Origin: an uncultured Flavobacteriales bacterium
GTDB taxonomy: Bacteria; Bacteroidota; Bacteroidia; Flavobacteriales_D; Sanyastnellaceae
DNA length: 64,000 nt
Assembly (NCBI GenBank): GCA_963933635.1
Contig: CAWVVM010000006.1
Span: 9,481 to 73,480, forward strand
Direction: 5' to 3'
Within the stretch, counting starts at the first letter, position 1; the number at the start of each line of letters is the position of its first letter. The position numbers and the translations under genes were made by a program. The notes beneath the pieces are model-generated. The model was not told where the DNA came from, searched no databases, and saw only the letters and a program-made list of their open reading frames with translations. Below are positions 27,202-35,800 of this stretch, one piece after another.

Positions 27202-28446
27202 ATGACCAACCCCAAGGAACGGAGATTGAAGGAGAAGCTCGAATTGCGGGACTTCAAATTGAACGCGCTCCTCGAGGTCACAAGGGCCGTAAATACCGAG
27301 ACGTCTGAGGAAGAGTTGATGCAGGGGTACGTGAACGCCTTGAAAGAAAATTTGGGAATCGACCGCTTGGTCCTGTATGCGGCCGACTTGGACGGCAAAC
27401 ATTGGAAATTGTTGGTGTCCGCGGGGACCGATGGAGAGTGGCCTGAATCGCGACCGGCCTCCTTCTTTGAGGCGTTGGACCTCGACAACATAGGCCTTGC
27501 TGGAGCCCTGGGCGGAGATGAACATCCCTCTGACGTGGTGGTGCCTGTGCGCCAGAACGACGAGGCCATTGCATTGGTCTTGGCAGGCGATACTTCCGAT
27601 TCAGACCGAGGGGTCAGCCCCGTGGTCAAGCACTTGAACTTTTTGGTCACCCTGACCAATATCTTGGTGGTGGCACGGCGCAACCGCCACATGGTATCCC
27701 GCAACCTGAAGCAAGAGGCGTTGAGAAGAGAGCTCGAACTCGCAGGAGAAATGCAAGCCATGCTGCTGCCGAGCTCTTGGGACCATGTGGACTTGGACGT
27801 AGCGGGGTACTATCAACCCCATACCGAGGTGGGCGGAGACTATTACGATGCGTTTGCCACGGACCACGGAAAGACCGTTATGTGCATGGCCGATGTGAGC
27901 GGCAAGGGAATGAGTGCGGCACTTTTGATGAGCAACTTTCAAGCCCAGGTTCGCGCGCTGTTTCAGGCGGAGACGGGCTCTTTGGAGGATACGCTCCGGA
28001 GGCTGAACCGTCGGGTCATGGACATTGCCCAAGGAGAGAAATACGTCACCTTCTTTGTGGCTGTGCTGGATGAATCGGCCAGGCAATTGACCTATGTGAA
28101 TTGCGGGCACAACCCGCCGTTGTTTGTGCATGCCCAAGGCCAGTCAGAGTTGTTGGGGCTGGGTTGTGTGGGACTGGGCATGTTCCGCGACATCCCTTCG
28201 ATGAATGTGGGGACGGTGGAGGTGTCCAAGGGAGCCTTGCTGTGCTGTTACACCGACGGACTCGTGGAGCAAGAAAACAGGCAAGAAGTACCCTTTGGCA
28301 CCGATCGGTTGCTGGGGCTTTTGGCCCATCACCAAGGCCAAACCCTCGACGCCGTCCACCGCGCCATTGTGGCCTCTTTGGATGCCTTTAGAGACGACAC
28401 CCCTCCTTTGGACGATACGGCCATGCTGAGCTGCAGATTCAAGTAA
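27202..28446 (+). CDS. GAF-domain PP2C/SpoIIE-family protein phosphatase
   Basis: PP2C/SpoIIE motifs EVGGDYYDAF, DVSGKGMSAALLMS, YVNCGHNPP, YTDGLVE and DDTAML. The N-terminal half is GAF-like. ATG at 27202 follows the efp stop. Confidence 0.85.
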   Translation: MTNPKERRLKEKLELRDFKLNALLEVTRAVNTETSEEELMQGYVNALKENLGIDRLVLYAADLDGKHWKLLVSAGTDGEWPESRPASFFEALDLDNIGLAGALGGDEHPSDVVVPVRQNDEAIALVLAGDTSDSDRGVSPVVKHLNFLVTLTNILVVARRNRHMVSRNLKQEALRRELELAGEMQAMLLPSSWDHVDLDVAGYYQPHTEVGGDYYDAFATDHGKTVMCMADVSGKGMSAALLMSNFQAQVRALFQAETGSLEDTLRRLNRRVMDIAQGEKYVTFFVAVLDESARQLTYVNCGHNPPLFVHAQGQSELLGLGCVGLGMFRDIPSMNVGTVEVSKGALLCCYTDGLVEQENRQEVPFGTDRLLGLLAHHQGQTLDAVHRAIVASLDAFRDDTPPLDDTAMLSCRFK

Positions 28447-29881
28447 TGCGGGGCCGATCTTGGGTGGCCTTGGTCCCCAAGTCAAGCACCACGAGCAGAG
28501 CCAAGAACCCCCAAAATGGCGCACTCGCCTTGTCGGTGTCGAGGTAATTGTTCAATACGCCATGCACGAAGTAGGTGATGAGGCCCAAGAAGAGCCCCAT
28601 GGCCAACCTTTTTTCTTCCAGACCCGTCAAAGTGCGTTGAAGTTTGAAGCCCAAATGGCAAGTCACCAACAGCAATGCCAGGACGCCAACCAGTCCCAAC
28701 ACCCCCTGTTCGGCCAAGGGCCCAAGGTATTCGCTGTGGGCATTTCCCAAATCGGCGTTGTTGGTGCTGATGATTGTGCGCAAATCCGAGGTTTGGAATG
28801 GAGCGTATTCAAACTGATATGTTCCAGGTCCCCAGCCCCAAAGAGGCCGTTCTTGGAACATGGCCCAAGCGCAGGACCAACGGTTCAGTCGCTCTAGATT
28901 GGACGCATCGCTGGAGACGTTGGAGATGCTCTCCACATGCTGGGCCAAATCGTCTGAAGAGTCCTGTTTGTTCCGTTCGAGTTGGATGACCAATGCATCC
29001 CAGCTCAGGCCCACCACCATCAACCCCACCAGGCCTGTGGCCAAGAGGGTCTTGAGCCTTGCTCCAAGAGCCATGAGGACCCAAAGGGCGGCAGCAACGG
29101 CCAGGCTGACCCATGCCGCCCTGGTGAAGGAGAACACAGTACCCAACACGAGCCATCCGACCCCCATGGTCCACAAGACCCTTGACAAGGAGGATTGTTG
29201 GCTGCGCCATGCCATGGCCAAAGATGGAGGGATCATCATGGCCAAAACGGCTCCATAGGAGGTATGGTCTTTGAAGAAGGGCTTCATGACCCAGTGACCG
29301 GCCGCCTTCTCGAACCCATACCCCGCATGCCGAATCATCGTGTACAGGATCACCACGGACAAGGGGACCAAGAGCAGGCCCAAAAACCGAGCGTGGCTCC
29401 GGTCATTGTCTTGGAACCAGGTGGCCAGAAGCACGTAGAAAGACACCACAAACCAGCCCCGAGCCACCCATGCTTTCAACGAAACGATGGGGTGGCTGCT
29501 CGGCAAGATGGTGAGCCCCATCCACAAGAATCCCAGCCCAATCACCCAAGTCACCGGGTGCTGCAGGAAGGAACGCTCAGGAGCCTCGCCTGAAAGCCAC
29601 CGCGCCACAAACAACAAAAGCAGGGCAAACAACATGGGCTCGGTGGGCATGTACCATCCAATGGATGTCAGGCCAAATTCACTCAGATTGACGGACAAAG
29701 GCACCAAGAAGAGCACCACCGAGAGGTAGCCATCCATGCGGGCAAAAGCCATCCAAGCCACCCCCATGACGAGGGGAAGGGCAAGGACATGTGGTACATC
29801 CAACCACCAGCCCGCAAGGGCGATGGCGGTCATGAGGGTGCCGCCCAGCCATCCCGCGTGCGTTGTGGTCCAGGGAGACAA
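28439..29881 (-). CDS. O-antigen ligase / Wzy-like polytopic membrane protein
   Basis: At least 10 hydrophobic helices and a large periplasmic loop. Has the Wzy_C-like segment NAHSEYLGPLAEQGVLGLVG. The first codon is TTG; ATG at 29833 is an alternative. Confidence 0.7.
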   Translation of the reverse strand: MSPWTTTHAGWLGGTLMTAIALAGWWLDVPHVLALPLVMGVAWMAFARMDGYLSVVLFLVPLSVNLSEFGLTSIGWYMPTEPMLFALLLLFVARWLSGEAPERSFLQHPVTWVIGLGFLWMGLTILPSSHPIVSLKAWVARGWFVVSFYVLLATWFQDNDRSHARFLGLLLVPLSVVILYTMIRHAGYGFEKAAGHWVMKPFFKDHTSYGAVLAMMIPPSLAMAWRSQQSSLSRVLWTMGVGWLVLGTVFSFTRAAWVSLAVAAALWVLMALGARLKTLLATGLVGLMVVGLSWDALVIQLERNKQDSSDDLAQHVESISNVSSDASNLERLNRWSCAWAMFQERPLWGWGPGTYQFEYAPFQTSDLRTIISTNNADLGNAHSEYLGPLAEQGVLGLVGVLALLLVTCHLGFKLQRTLTGLEEKRLAMGLFLGLITYFVHGVLNNYLDTDKASAPFWGFLALLVVLDLGTKATQDRPRIT

Positions 29882-29893
29882 CTCGGGGATGCT

Positions 29894-30898
29894 TTACGCG
29901 TTGGGGGTCTGTGCGCGTTGCAACGTTTCCCAGGCCAGCATGGCCAAGAACGCGGCCCCAACTGCGATGACCGAAGTCATCACAACGATGAGCCACCTCA
30001 CCGGTTTGGATTTTTTGTCGGCCGCAGAAGCGTAGTCCACCACGAAGCTCGAAGGAAGTTGCGTCTCAGCATCCACACGCATCAACTCCAGCCGCTTTTT
30101 CAACAGGGATTGTTGCTCGTATGCACCTTCCAAAAACGCCGAGAGGTTGTTGTATCCATTCGCAAGCCCTGCGATTTGCTGCAAATCGGACTGCATGGTG
30201 CGCGCTGCACTCTTGTTTCCGGATGCCAAAGCCATGCCATATTGCGCCGTCAAACCTTCGACTTGGGCCTCGAAGTCGTAGATGCCCATGCTGTGCAATG
30301 TGGCCAAACTGTCCTCTGCCTCTGCGATTTGCTGAGAGGTTTTTTTCAGGGTGTTGATGGCCAAGTTGAACGCTTCTCTTGCGCGTTCGTTGCGCATTTG
30401 ATTGGAGACGCTGTCCACCAAAAACGCCATGTCGTTCGCCATGTCCCGCGCCATATTGGGATCGGTGTCCAACACTTCCACCTTGATGGAGCCAAACCGA
30501 GTCAGGCTCGCACTAACGTTGCTGTTGTAGGCCTTGGCCATGTCCGTCTTGGCGCCAGGTTCAGCCCGGTCCAAATCGTAATGGGTGTACAAATCGTACT
30601 TCGTGATGATGCGGTTTCGGATGCGGTGGGAGTTGAGAATCTGGAGCAGGCGCTCAGCGTCCTCAGTTTCACCGTAGGCGAGGAGGTCATTCTTTTTGGT
30701 TTCCTCAAAAAACTGCTCCCCGATGCTGTGCTGAGAAGTGGCAAACATCACCACGGTGCTCTGGTAGTATTCATCAAGCAAAAAGGAGACCCCGCTGGCA
30801 GCCACTGCAGAGAGAAGGCCAATGGCCATCAAGGTTTTGAAATTGCGGGAAATGAACACCAACAAGTGGGTGGATTCCATGGGACGGGGAGAGGGCAT
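29894..30898 (-). CDS. Wzz-like polysaccharide chain-length determinant (PCP) protein
   Basis: N-terminal TM (LMAIGLLSAVAASGVSFLL), a long coiled-coil periplasmic region, and a C-terminal TM (WLIVVMTSVIAVGAAFLAML). This is the PCP topology. Confidence 0.6.
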   Translation of the reverse strand: MPSPRPMESTHLLVFISRNFKTLMAIGLLSAVAASGVSFLLDEYYQSTVVMFATSQHSIGEQFFEETKKNDLLAYGETEDAERLLQILNSHRIRNRIITKYDLYTHYDLDRAEPGAKTDMAKAYNSNVSASLTRFGSIKVEVLDTDPNMARDMANDMAFLVDSVSNQMRNERAREAFNLAINTLKKTSQQIAEAEDSLATLHSMGIYDFEAQVEGLTAQYGMALASGNKSAARTMQSDLQQIAGLANGYNNLSAFLEGAYEQQSLLKKRLELMRVDAETQLPSSFVVDYASAADKKSKPVRWLIVVMTSVIAVGAAFLAMLAWETLQRAQTPNA

Positions 30899-30961
30899 GT
30901 GTTAGAAGTTTGCTCGTGAACCACTGCGAAGGTAATGGGCGGAGGCGGTACCTTTGAGGGA

Positions 30962-32113
30962 ATGGCGCGCATTGCCTTGAACGGTCGGTTGTTGGTCCCA
31001 GGGAAGCTCGAGGGAATTGGGAAGTTCACGCTGCGCTGTCTCCAAGAATTGGTGCGTCTGCGTCCCCAAGATGAATTCCTCTTGCTGGTGGACCGACCGG
31101 ACGATGAAATGTTTCATTTGGGTCCCAACGTCGAGGTGCGGCGGATTCGTATTCCTGGCCGTCGACCATGGCTTTTGAGATGGTGGTTTGGGGCGGCGAT
31201 GCGCCGGGTGCTGAAGCAATGGAAGGCAGAGGCCTTTGTCTCCTTGGAAGGTCCTTTGGTATCGGGAATGCCGGATGATTTCCTCAAGCTCTCGGTCATC
31301 CATGATTTGAATTTTGAGCATCATCCCGAATGGATGCCATCTGCGTGGGCCTCTTATTACCGAACAGAGTTCAGGACCGTTGCCCATCGCGCCCAAGTCC
31401 TCTGCACGGTGTCGGAATTCAGCCGCGACGACCTCGTCGCTCAATACGGTCGTCCCAAAGAGAACATTCGCATCATTCCCAACGCAGCGGACGACGCGTT
31501 CCAACCCTTGGATGAGGCTGGACAACACGCTGCAAGAACACGCTTTGCGGGAGGAAAGAATTATTGGGTGTACATCGGGTCCTTTCACCCAAGGAAAAAC
31601 CTTCCAGGCCTCCTATCGGCCTATCAAACGTACGTCGATGCCGGAGGAAGTTGGGACTTGGTGCTGGTGGGCGAAGCCATGTGGGAGTCGCCAGAATGGC
31701 CCCAAGTCCTCCTCGATGCCAACAGAGTGCACACGATGGGCAGGTTGGACGAAGCTCCTCTCGCCCAAGCCTTGGGCGGTGCATCGGGGATGGTCTTCGT
31801 TCCTTGGTTTGAGGGCTTTGGGATTCCTTTGGTGGAAGCCATGGCGGCCGGTGTTCCTGTGGTGGCCTCCAACGTGACGTCCCTCCCAAAAGTGGGGGGA
31901 GATGCCGTTTGCGCATGGGTGGACCCGGGCAACCCCGTGGCCATTTCAGAGGCCATGTTGCAAGTCGAAGCCCAACCTCAAATGCGCTCGGAACATGTTG
32001 CCAGGGGGTTGGCCCGTGCCAAGGCCTTTTCATGGCAAGAAAGCGGTCAGAAGCTTGATGCAGCGGTCGATGATCTTCTTCAATTTTCTCGGCATGCCCA
32101 AGACGTTGCTTGA
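30962..32113 (+). CDS. glycosyltransferase family 4 (GT-B, RfaG-like)
   Basis: C-terminal donor-binding motif FVPWFEGFGIPLVEAMAAGVPVVASN. ATG at 30962 (MARIALNGR...) is preferred. Confidence 0.8.
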   Translation: MARIALNGRLLVPGKLEGIGKFTLRCLQELVRLRPQDEFLLLVDRPDDEMFHLGPNVEVRRIRIPGRRPWLLRWWFGAAMRRVLKQWKAEAFVSLEGPLVSGMPDDFLKLSVIHDLNFEHHPEWMPSAWASYYRTEFRTVAHRAQVLCTVSEFSRDDLVAQYGRPKENIRIIPNAADDAFQPLDEAGQHAARTRFAGGKNYWVYIGSFHPRKNLPGLLSAYQTYVDAGGSWDLVLVGEAMWESPEWPQVLLDANRVHTMGRLDEAPLAQALGGASGMVFVPWFEGFGIPLVEAMAAGVPVVASNVTSLPKVGGDAVCAWVDPGNPVAISEAMLQVEAQPQMRSEHVARGLARAKAFSWQESGQKLDAAVDDLLQFSRHAQDVA

Positions 32114-32717
32114 TCAAGTGGTGCGGGGTCGGGTGGAAGCCGGCTGCGATGAGGCGGGGCGAGGCTGCTTGGCCGGCCCTGTGGTCGCGGCTGCCGTGGT
32201 GCTGACTCCTGAAGTGGCCCGGTCGTTGCCATTGAACGACAGCAAACAATTGACTGCGCACCAGCGCGAGACGTTGCGCTCGGAAATTGAAACACTTGCC
32301 GTTTCCTGGGCTGTGGCTTTTGTGTCGCCTGAAGACATCGACCGGATGAACATCTTGCAGGCCTCCTTTGAGGCCATGCGACGCGCTGTTCGAGGTTTGA
32401 CTGGCATGCCCGACCACATGTTGATCGATGGCAATCGGTTTGTGACGGCCCCTGATCTGCCTCCTTTCACCTGCTTTGTCAAGGGCGATGCGAAAATTGC
32501 TTCGATTGCGGCAGCCAGCATTTTGGCCAAAACCCATCGGGACGCTTACATGTTGGAGGCGGCAGAGACCTACGGCGAATATGGATGGGAGACCAACATG
32601 GGCTACCCCACGGTGGCCCACCGCAAGGCTCTGGTGGCCCACGGCCCGACCCCCTTGCACAGGAGTTCGTTCAAATGGGCCCCGCCTGAATTGTCCTTGT
32701 TTGAAGACCCATCTTGA
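32094..32717 (+). CDS. rnhB: ribonuclease HII
   Basis: AGCDEAGRGCLAGPVVAAAVVL, DSKQLT, ASILAKTHRD. The start at 32094 overlaps the glycosyltransferase gene end by 20 nt. Confidence 0.9.
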   Translation: MPKTLLDQVVRGRVEAGCDEAGRGCLAGPVVAAAVVLTPEVARSLPLNDSKQLTAHQRETLRSEIETLAVSWAVAFVSPEDIDRMNILQASFEAMRRAVRGLTGMPDHMLIDGNRFVTAPDLPPFTCFVKGDAKIASIAAASILAKTHRDAYMLEAAETYGEYGWETNMGYPTVAHRKALVAHGPTPLHRSSFKWAPPELSLFEDPS

Positions 32718-32839
32718 TGCCGTCCAGATGTGAAGGGAACGTTACGGTTGGGGCGCTGAGGCAAAATCCCACGGCAATCTGCTAGAATTCGTCGAGGAGC
32801 GCGTAATTTCACACGACCAAATCCATTAATCCCTAGACG

Positions 32840-35800
32840 ATGCGTTATTCCATTTGGATGCTGTCCGTGCTCTTTTTTGCCGCAGCATCAGGCCTCCGGG
32901 CCCAGTGTGACAACTTGTTTTTCTCTGAAGCTGCTGAAGGCAGTTCCAACAACAAGTACCTCGAGATTTACAACCCTACTTCTGCAGCCATTGACCTCAG
33001 TGGTTACGCATACCCGAGCGTGAGCAACGCACCCGACAACGGAGAAGGCAACTATGACTTCTGGAACAACTTCGCAGAAGGTGCAATGATTGAGGCGGGT
33101 GGAGTTTACATCATCGCCCATCCTTCCGCGGATGCCAGCATCTCGGCTGTGGCGAACGAGACCTTCACTTTCCTGTCCAACGGAGACGATGGGTTTATGA
33201 TTGTGCAAGGTAACGAAGCATCCTACGTGCAAATTGATGCAGTGGGCGATTGGAACGGCGATCCCGGTTCCGGTTGGGAAGTGGCTGGCGTATCGGATGG
33301 CACCAAGGATCACACCATTGTGCGAAAGTCCACTGTGCAAAGTGGAAACGCAGGCGATTGGGTCACCAGTGCAGGAACGAATGCGGACGACAGCGAGTGG
33401 ATTGTCTTGGACCAAAACGACTGGACGAACTTGGCCATTCACTCCTTCGACGGTTGTGGGGCTGCGGTGGAAGGATGCACCAATCCCAACGCGACCAACT
33501 ACAACATGGACGCAACACAAGACGATGGGTCTTGCACTTTCGACAACGTTTGCAATGTGGACGGTGTCGTTGTGGAAGCATCGAGCTTTCAGTATGTGCC
33601 TGCTGACTTGAGCATTGAAGCTGGGACCACTGTGGTGTGGTCCAACCTCGGTGGAACCCACGACGTGAATGGAGACATCGACTCTCAAACGTCCATGTCC
33701 TTTGGCAACCCTGAGTCGTTCTACATCGCTCCTGTCTCAGGTGCTGCAGGTGGAGTTTGCATTGGATCTTTCACGTTCAACACCCCTGGGGTGTATGCGT
33801 ACGACTGCTCCATCGGCTCTCACGCAGCCTTGGGCATGGTGGCCACCATCACGGTGGGCACAGGAGGCTGTACCAGTGCTGCCGCCCCCAACTACAATCC
33901 ATCCGCAGACTTTGACGATGGTTCTTGCATTGAAGTGAGTACCACGACCATTGCCGACATCCAGTTGGGACAGGAGACAGGCGTCTTCACAGACAGCGTG
34001 GTCGTTACTTCTGGTGTGGTCACGGGTGTGTTTGGCAGCAATGTCAGCATCCAAGACGGCCAAGGCGCCTACAGCGGAATGTGGCTCAACGGTCCGGATG
34101 TCCCAGTGGCAGTGGGCGATCAGATCGAGGTGACAGGAGCTGTTGCGGAGTTTTTCGACAAAACCCAAATTTCAAACCCTGCGGTGGTGATTTCAAGCCA
34201 AGGCAACAGTTTGCCAGTGGCGGAGGTGTTGGCCACGGCCGACGTTTCTGCGGAAGCGTGGGAAGGGGTGTTGGTGCAGACCACGGGTGTGGTGACCTCG
34301 ACTTCCCTCGGATTTGGCGAGTGGTCGTTGTCGGACGGTTCCGGCGACGCCGTTGCCGATGATGTCGCGTACGATGCGATTGGCGGTGAGCTGGCGGCAG
34401 TGGGCAATGAGTTGCAATTGTCAGGAGTGCTTGACTACTCCTTTGGATCCTTCAAGGTCCAGCCCCGCGATGTGACCGATGTGCTGCTCTTCGGATGCAG
34501 CACTGCGGGCGCAGCGAACTTCAATCCCTTGGCCACCATTGACAACGGAAGTTGTGTGTTTGAGGGCGGAGAGTGTGGTTTGTTCTTCTCAGAAATGGCA
34601 GAAGGCAGCGCCAACAACAAGTACATTGAGTTGTACAACCCCACGCAGAGCACTATTTTCTTAAGCGAATACACCCTTGGCAACTGCAGCAATGGTTGCG
34701 ATGTCACAGGTGAGTTTGACTTTTTGACGTTCAACTTTCCTTCAGGTGCCGTGGTGGAAGCAGGTTCGACCTACATCATTGCGCATCCCACTGCCGACTC
34801 CCTGATTTTGGCTTCTGCAGACATGACTTACACTTTCTTGAGCAATGGCGATGATGCCTATGGTCTCTTGGACATCACTGGCGACGCACCTGTTTTGGTG
34901 GATGTCTTTGGTTCCTTGGGAGCTGACCCAGGGTCTGGTTTTGCAGTGGCTGGCGTGTCGAATGCCACACAAAATGGAACCATCGTTCGTAAATCTGGCG
35001 TCAGCCAGGGCAACGGAGGAGATTGGGCCACGAGTGCGGGCAGCAACGAGATTGATTCAGAGTGGATCATCAACCCTTCCAACGATTGGACCAATCTGGG
35101 CATCCATACATTCACGGGCGCATGCGCCACCGACAACAGTGGCTGCACCGATTCAGGAGCGGTCAACTATGATCCCAATGCCACAGAAGATGATGGTTCT
35201 TGCATCTTCGTCCCCACCCTGTCCATCCAGGACATTCACGCAGGAGCCTTCAGTGGTTCCGTTGTGACGTCTGGGTTGGTGACAGGTGTCTACGGCCCTA
35301 GTGGCTCCTTGTCTGGTCAGCCCTCCTACTCCATTCAAGATGGCAGTGGGGCATTCTCCGGCATTTGGGTCATTGGAGACGGTGTGGCTCTGGGAGACTT
35401 GGTCTCTGTCGCGGGTACGGTGAATGAGGTGTTTGGTTTGCGTCAAATATTGTCAGCCGTACCGACCATTCAGTCTTCGGGCAATGCCCTGCCAGCTGCA
35501 GAGGTACTGACCACTGCCGGCATCAACGACGAGCAATGGGAGAGTGTCTTGGTCACCATGACCGGATCGGTCGCGGACATCAATGCGACCTTCGGGGAGT
35601 GGCTCTTGGACGATGGTTCTGGAAATGGAATGGCTGCAAGCCTCGGCTATGATGCCGTGGATGACAGCATTGAGGTCGATGGGATGAACATGGCAGTTGT
35701 GGAGCTTGGCGCAAACTATCGCGTGAGCGGAGCCAACTTCTACGCTTTCGGCAACTGGAAGCTTTGTCCAAATGCATCGACGGACGTTGTGCGCATTGGT

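Noticed and set aside
29789-30919. 376-aa plus-strand ORF
   Set aside because: It is antisense to the Wzz-like gene, whose TM-coiled-coil-TM topology makes sense. The plus-strand translation has none.
31473-32660. 395-aa minus-strand ORF
   Set aside because: It is antisense to the GT4 glycosyltransferase and rnhB. The sequence is Pro/Arg-rich nonsense.
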